DNA of 64,000 bases, taken from contig CAVPKK010000005.1 of NCBI GenBank assembly GCA_963705705.1, positions 32,001 to 96,000 on the forward strand, read 5' to 3'. The first letter of the stretch is position 1. Each line of letters starts with the position of its first letter. Both the position numbers and the translations under genes were made by a program. This DNA is from an uncultured bacterium (GTDB taxonomy: Bacteria > Babelota > Babeliae > Babelales > JABCYS01). Shown here piece after piece: positions 9,409 through 19,512 of this stretch. The notes beneath the pieces were generated by a model. It saw only the letters and a list, made by a program, of their open reading frames with translations. It had not been told where the DNA came from and ran no database searches.

Positions 9409-12059
9409 ATATTCTTCTTAACTATTTGAGCAAGACTTTGCTGGGACCTAAAGCGGTCAACAGATTAAATTTAGCGACGTTAATATCCAATAAAACGTCT
9501 CGAACAAGAAAGATAACGGAGGCAGGAGGCGGTAGCCTCCTGATGGAGTTAGGGAGGGGTGTTAGGGAATTCTGGGGTCCCCGTCCTTTAGGATGGGGTA
9601 AAGCGAACGGACCCTTAGCAGGAGCTAACTGCAAAAATGGGTCTCTTCTACCACTAATGTTTTTAGCTGTTTTCTCCTGCAATTTTCTACATGCAGCTGA
9701 TCCCATAGTACCGCAGGTACCTCCAAAGCTCGCTAAGAAAATGGTGAACTTTAATTTTGAAAATGAAGATCTCATCACCATCATTAATTATCTTGCCGGT
9801 GAATTGAAAATAAATGTGCTGCTGCCTATGCCGCCAAATAATATTACGGCTAAAGCAACACTACGCCATCAAAAGAAAATGTCGTTACACGATGCTTTTG
9901 TACGGCTGCAAACTATACTTGATACTGCCGGATATAATATTCTGCCACATGGCAAAAACACCTATATGGTGGTAAAAACTGATCAAGCTGAAAACCGCGA
10001 TGCATTACCGACGTACATAGGCGTAGCGGCACAAGAGTTACCTTCGAGTGACGTCCGCATTCGCTATGTCTACTTCTTTGAGAATATTAAAATTCCGACG
10101 GGTGGTGGTGGTCAGGCAGCTGAGATAAAAATTATGCTCGAGGATATGCTAAAGGATCCTAATCACCCCGGTACCGGAGATGTATTATTTGATAGCGCAA
10201 CCAATGCAATGATTTTGACTGCCAATTCATATAGTATAAAAGTGGCGATGCAGGTTATTAGCGAATTAGATAAAACTGGTTTTAGGGAATTGGTGGAGGT
10301 AGTTCGTTTAGTACATACCTCGGCACCATTTGTGGCCAAATTTTTAAATGACCAATTGCTTGCACCAACGCCGCAGCATGGCCCTCAGGGTGCAGCTGTT
10401 TTCCCGCCCAATGCTGATCACGCCCTTTTCGCAAAAACAGTAAAAATAGTTGCAGATCCCCGGTCGAATTCATTAATTTTACTTGGTAGGACTCAAGCGC
10501 TGGATCGCCTAAAAGATTTTATCTACAAGTATATTGATGTGCCACTTGAGAGCGGTGACTCAATCATCCATGTATACGATCTTCAATATTTGGATGCTGG
10601 TATATTTGCCGATGATTTGATAAACATCATTAAAAGTCCAGAAATTCCTGGACAAGCAAAAGGAGCCGCAAGCGTTGAAGCCCGTCAATTCCAAGGTGTA
10701 ATCATCGCGGCTGAAAAATATGCTGAAGCGCAAAAGCTGGTAACTAAAGCAGGTGAAGCCGGCGCTATTGCGCAAGGGGGTAACCGTTTAATTATCGCAG
10801 CAAAAAAGAGTGATTGGATTGCACTTAAACACTTGATAGATGATTTGGATAAACCACAACCACAAGTTTCTTTAGATGTGTTGGTAGTCGATGTAGCGCT
10901 TGCCGACGTGCATGCAATAACGAACCAGCTACGCAATCCAAACCAAGTAGTTGCACGCAATGTAAATTTCCAATTTAATGGCGATGGCACTGTAGGCGGT
11001 AATAATGGGCAAATTTTAAATACACCGCCAGTTAATCTGAATACCGATCTTCTATTGGTTAATCCAAATCCTGGCAATACTCCCGGTGCAAACTTGGCAA
11101 CGGCGCAAACGCCCGGAACCTTCATCCTCAGTTTCTTCGATCAATATACCAACGGTATCTGGTGGGTAATGAATATACTCCAAACATATGCCAATACCCG
11201 TATTCTCTCACACCCGCATATTACTACGGTCAACCAACGGCAGGCGAATGTTTCAGTTGCTGAAACGCGCCTAGCAGCTGGGCCTGTTAAACAAAACCCT
11301 GATGGAAGTACAGTGGCAACACAGGTTAATCTTACAGCTGATCTTACCGTTGAACTGCTGCCTCGCATTAATCTTTCGAACTCTATAAATATGCAAATTG
11401 CCGTCAAGATAAACAACTTTTTAGCGGGCACTAATAACAATAACACAATCAATACGCGTACTGTTATTACAAATGCTACCGTAGGTAACGGTGAAGTGTT
11501 GGTATTAGGTGGCCTCGTTCAAAATAACGAAACTTCTAATGGGCAGGAAATTCCCTTGCTGAGTTCGCTTCCATTAGTTGGTTGGATGTTTAAAGGGAAT
11601 ACTAAAGAAGTAACCCGAAATAATTTGATGGTTTTCATTGCGCCAACGGTTGTTAAACCACGCCTTTCAGGCGGCGTAACTCCATTTACTGCCGACAAGT
11701 TTGCCGTGGGCGAACAATTAATGGCCTCGGGTGAGCTCTTTAATAATCTTCGCGATCCAGTCAATCGCTGGTATTTTGCATCGCCTCGCCACAGTGCTAA
11801 AGGCCTTGCAGCCGAATATAAAGCTGATGCTTTCTTTAGTGATGAACCACTGCGCGATTCAATCGAACGAAAACTCATCATTCCCCCGGCAGTTAATAGA
11901 GAGAGACGAAGCAGACGATCAAAAAAAGAATATAACGAACAAAAGGTATTGCCTAAACAACCAGAACCGGCGCCTCATCCAGTCATGGCACATGATGAAT
12001 ATGCCGCCAAACGGCTAAAGGAATTACTGGCGAATGAAACCATGCCCGTATTGTCGTAA
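9405..12059 (+). CDS. gspD: Type II secretion secretin GspD (copy 2), with repeat-derived N-terminal insert
   Basis: FNFENEDL, DPRSNSLILLG, LVLGGLV...IPLLSSLPLVGWMF...NLMVFIAPTVV; paralog of 4689-7247. Confidence 0.88.
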   Translation: MNILLNYLSKTLLGPKAVNRLNLATLISNKTSRTRKITEAGGGSLLMELGRGVREFWGPRPLGWGKANGPLAGANCKNGSLLPLMFLAVFSCNFLHAADPIVPQVPPKLAKKMVNFNFENEDLITIINYLAGELKINVLLPMPPNNITAKATLRHQKKMSLHDAFVRLQTILDTAGYNILPHGKNTYMVVKTDQAENRDALPTYIGVAAQELPSSDVRIRYVYFFENIKIPTGGGGQAAEIKIMLEDMLKDPNHPGTGDVLFDSATNAMILTANSYSIKVAMQVISELDKTGFRELVEVVRLVHTSAPFVAKFLNDQLLAPTPQHGPQGAAVFPPNADHALFAKTVKIVADPRSNSLILLGRTQALDRLKDFIYKYIDVPLESGDSIIHVYDLQYLDAGIFADDLINIIKSPEIPGQAKGAASVEARQFQGVIIAAEKYAEAQKLVTKAGEAGAIAQGGNRLIIAAKKSDWIALKHLIDDLDKPQPQVSLDVLVVDVALADVHAITNQLRNPNQVVARNVNFQFNGDGTVGGNNGQILNTPPVNLNTDLLLVNPNPGNTPGANLATAQTPGTFILSFFDQYTNGIWWVMNILQTYANTRILSHPHITTVNQRQANVSVAETRLAAGPVKQNPDGSTVATQVNLTADLTVELLPRINLSNSINMQIAVKINNFLAGTNNNNTINTRTVITNATVGNGEVLVLGGLVQNNETSNGQEIPLLSSLPLVGWMFKGNTKEVTRNNLMVFIAPTVVKPRLSGGVTPFTADKFAVGEQLMASGELFNNLRDPVNRWYFASPRHSAKGLAAEYKADAFFSDEPLRDSIERKLIIPPAVNRERRSRRSKKEYNEQKVLPKQPEPAPHPVMAHDEYAAKRLKELLANETMPVLS
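9523..9614. repeat. Family-2 G-rich element inside the 5' end of gspD2
   Basis: CAGGAGGC-ggta-GCCTCCTG hairpin, GATGGAGTTAGGGAGGGGTGTTAGGGA, extra hairpin CCCCGTCCT-tt-AGGATGGGG, then GAACGGACCC. Confidence 0.65.
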
Positions 12060-12187
12060 ATACAATTACAATAAGAAAACGCCCTTCCTAGGCCAAACTC
12101 CCATCGCAGGCTAATAGAATTACAACCTATTGCGATCCAGTCTGCCCAGCCTAAACTGCAGTTATACCTTAATGGAGGCTATAACTA

Positions 12188-13255
12188 ATGCAGAAAATAT
12201 TTGTTCTATCATTCTTTACCGCGATAATTTTTACCACGGCTACACACGCGACCGCAACAGCATCGCAAATGCCTGAGAAGCAAAGTTTTGCGGACCGCAT
12301 TTCACATGCCATAAAAAACAACGCCGTTTCTACGGGCATCGCCAGAGTAGCAACAAAAGGCAAAGATGCGGTGGCAAAACTTTATCACATAGTAAGTATG
12401 CCTATATATGTTCTCGTCCTTTTCCCACTCTGGCATGCTGCTATAGCAATAAAATACAGATGCGCCAAATTGCCCGCCAACGATCTAGAAAAGATAAAGA
12501 AGCTTGAAAAACAGACTTGCTCTATTGCGGAAAAAATGGGAACCAAGAATTCTAATATGCGCATTTTTTTTATCCCTGATCCACCACAGCTACCCTTTTG
12601 TAAATGGATAATGTCTGCGCCATTTTTGACGTTCAATATTCCTTATTTTCCAACAATCCTTTTAAACAAAAGAGATTGGGAGAAACTTACCAAAGAAGAA
12701 CAAGATTTCGTATTGGCACATGAAACCGCACATACGACTCAACGATGGGATCACTATCTTCCAGCACTTGTCCCCTATGTCGCGAGTAAACTTGCCCAGC
12801 CAATTTTTCATAAATTTTTATATTGGCTTTATACCAATAAATTCATCAAGACCAATGCTGAGGTACATGCCTTAAGCTTCGGATACGAAGCGTTAAAAAC
12901 TTATTATATTTTCAAATACGTATGGAACGTATTACGAGGTTCATGGTCGCGACGTCTTGAAAAGAGAGCTGACCTGTTAGCGGTAAAAGCATTGGGCACA
13001 AGCAAGGGCGGAATGTCGTTTTTTGCAAAAGAATCAGACATTAATGATTCACTTAAGAATGACATTATTAAATGGAAAGGCGTTACTGCCAAAAAACCCC
13101 AGGGTAAAGGCCAGCAACAGCTGAATAGCATCATTAAGAACCTGACCGCAATTCCAATTAGTGATGCTGAAAAAAATCAATCTCACCCGCCCGATATTGA
13201 ACGCATTATTTACATGGCAGAAGCCGAACAAGCCCGGCTAGTGCAAGCGGCATAA
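12188..13255 (+). CDS. Secreted or membrane M48-family zinc metallopeptidase
   Basis: Signal peptide, VLAHETAH (HExxH), EKRAD, SHP...ERI. Confidence 0.8.
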   Translation: MQKIFVLSFFTAIIFTTATHATATASQMPEKQSFADRISHAIKNNAVSTGIARVATKGKDAVAKLYHIVSMPIYVLVLFPLWHAAIAIKYRCAKLPANDLEKIKKLEKQTCSIAEKMGTKNSNMRIFFIPDPPQLPFCKWIMSAPFLTFNIPYFPTILLNKRDWEKLTKEEQDFVLAHETAHTTQRWDHYLPALVPYVASKLAQPIFHKFLYWLYTNKFIKTNAEVHALSFGYEALKTYYIFKYVWNVLRGSWSRRLEKRADLLAVKALGTSKGGMSFFAKESDINDSLKNDIIKWKGVTAKKPQGKGQQQLNSIIKNLTAIPISDAEKNQSHPPDIERIIYMAEAEQARLVQAA

Positions 13256-13368
13256 TGCAAAAAACCTTTCCCTCTAGTTAAATATCCGCAAAACCACTGC
13301 ATTCTTCATAAACTTTTCATAGATTAGCTAGACTATGTGAAGTCAATACTCCTCTTTCTAGTCTAAAT

Positions 13369-13560
13369 ATGAAACTGACAAAGGAAAAAAGTGCTACAAA
13401 AACTACTAAAACTCGCAAGGTAGCTACTAAAAAAGCGCCGAAGACCGCAAAAAAAAGACCGGGAAAGCAAAGCTTCTGGGATGAATGGTATGGCATTGGC
13501 CTTAAACATCCCGAGAACAAAAAAGCTAAGTACAAAAAGACAGCCGATCTTTGGAGATAG
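13369..13560 (+). CDS. Small Lys-rich hypothetical protein
   Basis: 63 aa ORF filling the intergenic gap; K/T/A-rich N-terminus. Confidence 0.5.
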   Translation: MKLTKEKSATKTTKTRKVATKKAPKTAKKRPGKQSFWDEWYGIGLKHPENKKAKYKKTADLWR

Positions 13561-13570
13561 CCGTTCATTT

Positions 13571-13599
13571 TTGACCAATCTTTTCAGTTCGCTTAGCCT
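13571..13599 (+). promoter_or_regulatory. Putative promoter giving a leaderless recD2 mRNA
   Basis: TTGACC-N17-TAGCCT ending 6 nt before ATG 13606. Confidence 0.5.
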
Positions 13600-13605
13600 G
13601 TAGGC

Positions 13606-15678
13606 ATGAGCAACAACTACGCACCTTTCTCAAAGCCGTTCGCAAGCCGACAAGCACCGCCATGCTATGCCCACAATAAAATAGAATGCGCCATCTGCCC
13701 GACTACTGCGCTCATAGAGTTCTTGGGCTCAGGTATTATTAAGGGCATAGGCATTTCTACCGCTACACGGTTAGTAGATAAATTTGGCGACGATGTTTTT
13801 ACCATCCTTGAAGAGCAGCCCGCCAGATTGCGTGAAGTTTCTGGTATAGGGCCCAAAAAAATTACCGTGATTCGAGAGTCGTGGGAGAAGAATAAAGGCG
13901 CGGTTACCGTCATGCGGTTTTTGCAAGAAAAAGGTATCACTCCGGGCTATGCTGCCCGCATATATAAGCATTATGGGAATAATACGATCCCAGTTGTTCA
14001 GGAAAACCCATACCGCCTAGCTGAAGAAGTTTGGGGAATCGGGTTTAAATTAGCCGATACAGCTGCGCAGCATCTCGGCTTTGCGCGCGAATCAATTAAA
14101 CGTATCAAGGCCGGCATTACCCATGCTATCAGCGCAGAAGTACTGCAAGGGCATTTATATGCAGAGTTGGACAACCTGAGAAATAAAGCAGCCGTTTTAT
14201 TGGAATTGGAGCTCGCCAAATATGCCGCTCAATTTAAGCTCGCCTTTCAAGAGTTGCATCATCAAAGCAAGCTCAAATTAATTACTCTCAATGAAAAGCA
14301 TTTCGTTACGCTATCGCTGTATTATTATTCGGAGAAAAGCGTCGCCGAACGAGTGAAGACATTAATCTCGCGCGCTTCTGAAAATAAATTCGATACAGCC
14401 AAAATTTACGAGCAGCTCCGCCTCCCAGATGCTCGTCGCGTCACACTGAATGAGCAGCAGCAAATTGGAATCCTAACTGCGCTGCAGAATAATGTGACTA
14501 TTATCACCGGCGGGCCCGGCACTGGTAAAACAACCATGATTAGACGGTTGTTAGATGTGCTAGATGAGCAAAACCTTCAATACAAACTTGCAGCCCCGAC
14601 CGGGCGAGCGGCCAAGCGGATGAATGAAAGTACCAAGCGTTTTGCGTTAACACTCCATCGGCTTTTAGAGTTTGATCCGCAAAGCAGAACCTTTGCCTGC
14701 AATGAGCACAATGCCCTAAAGACTGATTATTTGATTGTCGATGAAGCTTCAATGCTCGATATTTTCTTGGCCCAGGCCATTTTGAAAGCTCTGCCATACA
14801 CTTCTCATTTAGTGTTAATTGGCGACGTTGACCAATTGCCAGCCGTTGGCGCAGGTAATTTTTTGCATGATCTTATTGCAAGCGGAAAGATTCCCACCAT
14901 TCAATTGAACCATATCTTTAGGCAGGCACAGGACAGCTTAATTGTAGTCAACGCCCACAATGTAAATGCTGGCAAATTCCCAACTGGCTATTTAGAAACG
15001 GCAAAGCGGGATTTTATTTATATCAAGGAACAGTTGCCCGAAAAAATGAATGAATTGTTAACTGAGATTTTTACTTCGACCTTACAAAAACATGGCATCA
15101 GCCCCACACAAGCCATGGTGCTTACTCCTATGCACCGTGGGATTGTTGGCACGGCAGAGATGAATAATCATCTACAACAACTGTTTCAAAATAGATCCAC
15201 TCTTGCCGGTTCATCGCGAAATCAATCCTTTGTGCGTAACCGGTTCGGTACCACCTACTATGTCGGCGACCGCGTAATGCAGATCAAAAACAATTACGAT
15301 AAAGAAGTGTTTAATGGCGACGTGGGTTTTATAAGTGATATTTCATATGCGAACCAAACATTAGAAATCTCATTCGATTCAAAAAGAGAAACAGTCACCT
15401 ATGATTTTGATGAGATTGATGAACTTACCTTGGCATACGCCATTTCAGTCCACAAAAGCCAGGGCTCGGAATACGATGCCGTTATCATTCCGCTATTCAT
15501 GCAACATTTCATGATGCTGCAACGCAATTTACTCTACACCGCTATAACGCGCGCCAAGAAATTATGCATTTTAGTCGGCCAACCAAAAGCAATAGCGCTG
15601 GCTATCAAAAATAATAAAGGCAGCCAGCGCATTACGTTCTTAAAAGAATATTTAACTACTGATTTGATTTGCCGTTAG
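13606..15678 (+). CDS. recD2: RecD2-like SF1B helicase
   Basis: HhH motifs IKGIG/VSGIG, NPYRLAEEVWGIGF, TGGPGTGKTT, DEASM, AYAISVHKSQGSEY, LLYTAITRAK. Confidence 0.92.
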   Translation: MSNNYAPFSKPFASRQAPPCYAHNKIECAICPTTALIEFLGSGIIKGIGISTATRLVDKFGDDVFTILEEQPARLREVSGIGPKKITVIRESWEKNKGAVTVMRFLQEKGITPGYAARIYKHYGNNTIPVVQENPYRLAEEVWGIGFKLADTAAQHLGFARESIKRIKAGITHAISAEVLQGHLYAELDNLRNKAAVLLELELAKYAAQFKLAFQELHHQSKLKLITLNEKHFVTLSLYYYSEKSVAERVKTLISRASENKFDTAKIYEQLRLPDARRVTLNEQQQIGILTALQNNVTIITGGPGTGKTTMIRRLLDVLDEQNLQYKLAAPTGRAAKRMNESTKRFALTLHRLLEFDPQSRTFACNEHNALKTDYLIVDEASMLDIFLAQAILKALPYTSHLVLIGDVDQLPAVGAGNFLHDLIASGKIPTIQLNHIFRQAQDSLIVVNAHNVNAGKFPTGYLETAKRDFIYIKEQLPEKMNELLTEIFTSTLQKHGISPTQAMVLTPMHRGIVGTAEMNNHLQQLFQNRSTLAGSSRNQSFVRNRFGTTYYVGDRVMQIKNNYDKEVFNGDVGFISDISYANQTLEISFDSKRETVTYDFDEIDELTLAYAISVHKSQGSEYDAVIIPLFMQHFMMLQRNLLYTAITRAKKLCILVGQPKAIALAIKNNKGSQRITFLKEYLTTDLICR

Positions 15679-16894
15679 CCTTGGCTATTGGAGGTAGCTT
15701 TCCATTTGGAAGAGTCTTCGATTTCGCAGCAGCCTTAGCTTTTTTGCCCTGGCCGGCTTGACCAGTTTTTGGCAGTTTCTGGGATGGAAGATTTGGCGTG
15801 CTTGCAATCGGTTGACTTCCTTCACCATTGGCGCTGTTTGCGGGTTGGGTTTTAGCAACCCCATTGGCGTGACCAAGTGTAGGTAGTCGCTCTTTTGGCT
15901 TGTGAGTTGTTTCAGGACTCGCAGGTGCACTTGTCTGACTGCTCTTGCGTTGTCTTGGTAATGACACTAGCTGAGTAATAGTTCTTTTCTCATCAGAATC
16001 CAACTCGCCGTTCGCAAAAGAAATATCTATTTGAGCTGTGCCTGGCGCTTCTAACGCAGGCAAAACCTCAGATTCGTCTAACTGGTCGCCCGCTAATCGT
16101 TTAACCAAAGTCTTCCGCAATTCAGCAAGGCAAAGGCGCGTTGTTAGAGTGTAGTAACCACGGATTTCAGATGCACGGCGTAGACCGGCGATATTGTCTC
16201 CTAATATATAGGTTCGCACATGAGGAGCGATAATGCTTAATGCATAAGTACTTTTTTGAAGTGCATGCCATATAGGCAAATGCCCATTGGCTGGCGCAAC
16301 ATTGGGATCAGCTTTGTGCGCAAGCAACGTTCTCACGATCTCATGCTTGTTGTTATCAATCGCGACTGTTAATGGGTTGCAAGTCTGACTATCATTTTCC
16401 ATATTAACATCAGCGCCCATAGCTATGATTGTTCGAGCTAATAATAGTGGCGATCGTTGGACAGCATACAACAGTGGAGTGTCGCCATCCTTTTTACCAT
16501 TAATATCTGGCTTGTTTTCATTGAAATGAGCAATGGGTAGGAATAAAGGATTGAAAGAGCTATCAAGGTTTAATCGATAGCCAAACATGTTGGCGAGTTT
16601 TTCAAAATCTTCGCTTTCTACGGCTGCCCACATCTTTTCCCGAAGCCTGATCCCAGATACCTCTGGGCTAATCCCTGATGCCGGACTATCGGGTTGGCTA
16701 AGAAATAAAGAGAATTTACGCGCCAAACGAGCACTGAGCGACAAAAAGGGAGGCATCTGCGAGCTTATAGACCCTAGACTAAGACTGACTTTGGGGCTTG
16801 AATTATTTCCAGTTTCAGCCGAATTGCTTGTACCAAAAGCATGATTAGCCAAGGCAAAGGCACAAATCAATGAAAAAATGAGTTTAATTTCCAT
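15656..16894 (-). CDS. Secreted ankyrin-repeat protein with disordered basic tail
   Basis: Signal peptide from MEIKLIF; GDTPLLYAV...GADVN, NPLTVAI...ADPN. Confidence 0.82.
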   Translation of the reverse strand: MEIKLIFSLICAFALANHAFGTSNSAETGNNSSPKVSLSLGSISSQMPPFLSLSARLARKFSLFLSQPDSPASGISPEVSGIRLREKMWAAVESEDFEKLANMFGYRLNLDSSFNPLFLPIAHFNENKPDINGKKDGDTPLLYAVQRSPLLLARTIIAMGADVNMENDSQTCNPLTVAIDNNKHEIVRTLLAHKADPNVAPANGHLPIWHALQKSTYALSIIAPHVRTYILGDNIAGLRRASEIRGYYTLTTRLCLAELRKTLVKRLAGDQLDESEVLPALEAPGTAQIDISFANGELDSDEKRTITQLVSLPRQRKSSQTSAPASPETTHKPKERLPTLGHANGVAKTQPANSANGEGSQPIASTPNLPSQKLPKTGQAGQGKKAKAAAKSKTLPNGKLPPIAKANGKSNQ

Positions 16895-17034
16895 ATTGCC
16901 ACTCCATTTTGATGAAAAAACGTTCAAATTTAAAGGTTTTTTAGATACCTTCAATTATGACAATATGAAAACATATTTCAAATGCCCTAGGCCTGAGAAG
17001 GATGGGCTATTTTGCGGTTTTAGGCCAATCGAGC

Positions 17035-17670
17035 CTATTGAAGGAGTTCTTGCGCTTCCTTCGATGCCGCTTCTCTTGCCTCTAACGCCTTTATTAAAAT
17101 GCGTTGGATCGCTGAATTCTCAACAGCTCCTGCAAATTCAAGATCATTGATGATTGTATAAGTATAGGTAAGAGGCGCCAAAAGGCTAACCAATTTCTCA
17201 TTACCAGATTGTACTGCTATGGAAAGTGGCGCAAGAACTGGGGCTAAGTTAGAATCTGCTCCATTGGCAAGCAAATAAGCTACCACATCCTCATTTTCGA
17301 GCTCTACCGCACGCGTTAATGGGGTTTTGTTGAGATCATCATTTAGCAGATTGGGATCAGCGCCAAGAAACATGAGGGTTGGAATTATTGATGGATCATT
17401 ATCGACTGCCCAAAGTAGTGGTGTAGTACCGTCCATTTTTGCATTAATGTAGGGTTTACTCCCTCTGAATCCTTTTATTCGTTCAGGTATTAAACGGTCA
17501 TTAATAAGCTTTTCCTCAAAGCCAAATAGACGTAAAAGAGCAGGGGCATCAGAATTTTCAATAGCTTTCCACATGCGATTATTACGCTGCTCAGCTGATG
17601 CCGAAGTACTTTCGGCTGTACCAACTATTGATACGGCTACTATAAATGAAATAACTAAACGACGGAGCAT
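17035..17670 (-). CDS. Secreted ankyrin-repeat protein (paralog of neighbour)
   Basis: Signal peptide; GTTPLLWAV..GADPN, KTPLTRAV..LLANGADSN. Confidence 0.85.
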   Translation of the reverse strand: MLRRLVISFIVAVSIVGTAESTSASAEQRNNRMWKAIENSDAPALLRLFGFEEKLINDRLIPERIKGFRGSKPYINAKMDGTTPLLWAVDNDPSIIPTLMFLGADPNLLNDDLNKTPLTRAVELENEDVVAYLLANGADSNLAPVLAPLSIAVQSGNEKLVSLLAPLTYTYTIINDLEFAGAVENSAIQRILIKALEAREAASKEAQELLQ

Positions 17671-17962
17671 ATTTGTATCCTTTTTTCTTCAAAGCTTTTT
17701 GGCCTTTTAAATTACTACCATTCGAGGATACAATATTTTTGCTCAAAATTTCAATGAGGCACGATATGCGATTGACCATAATTGCAAAGATAGTGATAAA
17801 ATAGCTTATTAATAAGCATTTTATAAAGCTCTCATTATGTCGGTCGCCACAAAACAATATCATAATTCAATGAATATCTTGTTTTCTGATTATTCAGTTC
17901 GTTACTATTAGTGGCATAGCACCGTAGGGGGAATTGCATTATCAAAGCATACAAAGGAAGTA

Positions 17963-19498
17963 ATGGTGAAGAACCATCTAAAACTAGGATTGTTAGTCCT
18001 AAATCTCTGCACAATTAGTTCCGTGCATGCCGAACTATTAATTATCAAACATATCAATGAAAGCTTTGCGCCTTTGGATGCAAGCGATGATCACAATAAG
18101 GCTGCGCTTGCCGACATATTTTTGAACTTTGAATGGCCGATGGTTATTGCTAATACCAAGCTGACCAAAAAGGAAATGGATGATCTTTTGACTCCGGGCA
18201 AACCATTTGCTGAAAAAGAATTTATTCGAGCGAAGGTGAAACAGATCGATCCTAATTACGATGTAATTTTTGTACCCACAACACTATACGAACTTTTTGC
18301 GATAGGCGAAATTCATGACAATGAAAAAATAAAATTTCCGAGTTATTCCGCGCAAAATCCGTTAGAAAGCGCAGCATTAGAATATGCGAAAGCTTCTCGC
18401 GATAAGTCGGTCTTTTATCCTACTGCCTTTTCGTTTATTAATACGCAGCTCGCGGAAATTTTATTGAGCAGCTTCCTATCGGCCAAAGCCCAAAGCTGTG
18501 CTGAATTAGAAAACGACATTCAGAATCAAGCAAATTTAATCGCTGCTTTTTTAATTCACAGAATGAGAGATGTCGGCTTACGGAAATTTATAAAAAGGCA
18601 TGACATTTCCGCTGATAATCTCAATACGGTTAAAGCCTATGGCGCAATAGCACAGATTATAACACTTGAATATCAAGCAAGAGCACAAAATATGGGAATG
18701 CTTTTGAGAGGCGCAAACTTTAGCAATGTCTATAAAACTAGCTGGGCTCAATTGCGAGAATTACCTCCAGAAAAAAGAGGAAAAGCAAGCATAAAAATCG
18801 CCGGTAGTACGATACATGAGCGAGACCTAGAAGAGATTGCAAAAGCTTATAAAACGAAGGCTATGGAACCATATTCTATTTCATATGGTAATACATTGTT
18901 CGGTGGTTTTTTTAATGATCAGGGAGCTTGCGTTTATGCATTTCTTACGACGCATGGCAGAGAAGGGTATGCATTATTTATTAATAAAAAGGAGTACATG
19001 CAAAATCGAATTATGGATTTATTCAACATTGCTTCTTTCCCGCCACTAATATCACTTTTCGAGCACGGCGAACATTTTCATTCTCGCGCAGTAGCTGCAG
19101 TGCCGGTTAAGGAAAAGGAAAAAAACATTATTGGATTGGCTACATCCTCATCGGCTCGCTATAGAACAATTAGAAATCCTTTGGTGCATGCAGAGTTATT
19201 TTCTAATTACCTTGCGCAACATATGCATGTCTTTTCAATAGGGAATGAATCAAATTTCATCCCGCAAGAAAAAAAAGCATTCGATGAAATATTAATCGAA
19301 GAAACAAATAAAATGCGAGAAAATCAAAAGGAATTAGCACGGTATTATAAGGCAATTCGGACACTAGAGCCGTTTGCCAAAAAGGTCTGGGAGAAAGTTC
19401 GTAAACAGTTAGAACAAAACAAGAAAAAAGCAGCTGAATCAAAAAAACAAACTTCTTCAAATCAACAAAAAGAATCTGTTGTTGCTGCAAGCGAATAA
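17963..19498 (+). CDS. Secreted uncharacterised protein, paralog 1 of 3
   Basis: Signal peptide ending VHA|ELL; shares WPMVI, LRG, SISYGN and GEHFH blocks with 19513-21063 and 26020-27444. Confidence 0.85.
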   Translation: MVKNHLKLGLLVLNLCTISSVHAELLIIKHINESFAPLDASDDHNKAALADIFLNFEWPMVIANTKLTKKEMDDLLTPGKPFAEKEFIRAKVKQIDPNYDVIFVPTTLYELFAIGEIHDNEKIKFPSYSAQNPLESAALEYAKASRDKSVFYPTAFSFINTQLAEILLSSFLSAKAQSCAELENDIQNQANLIAAFLIHRMRDVGLRKFIKRHDISADNLNTVKAYGAIAQIITLEYQARAQNMGMLLRGANFSNVYKTSWAQLRELPPEKRGKASIKIAGSTIHERDLEEIAKAYKTKAMEPYSISYGNTLFGGFFNDQGACVYAFLTTHGREGYALFINKKEYMQNRIMDLFNIASFPPLISLFEHGEHFHSRAVAAVPVKEKEKNIIGLATSSSARYRTIRNPLVHAELFSNYLAQHMHVFSIGNESNFIPQEKKAFDEILIEETNKMRENQKELARYYKAIRTLEPFAKKVWEKVRKQLEQNKKKAAESKKQTSSNQQKESVVAASE

Positions 19499-19512
19499 AA
19501 AGGTTGAACCCA

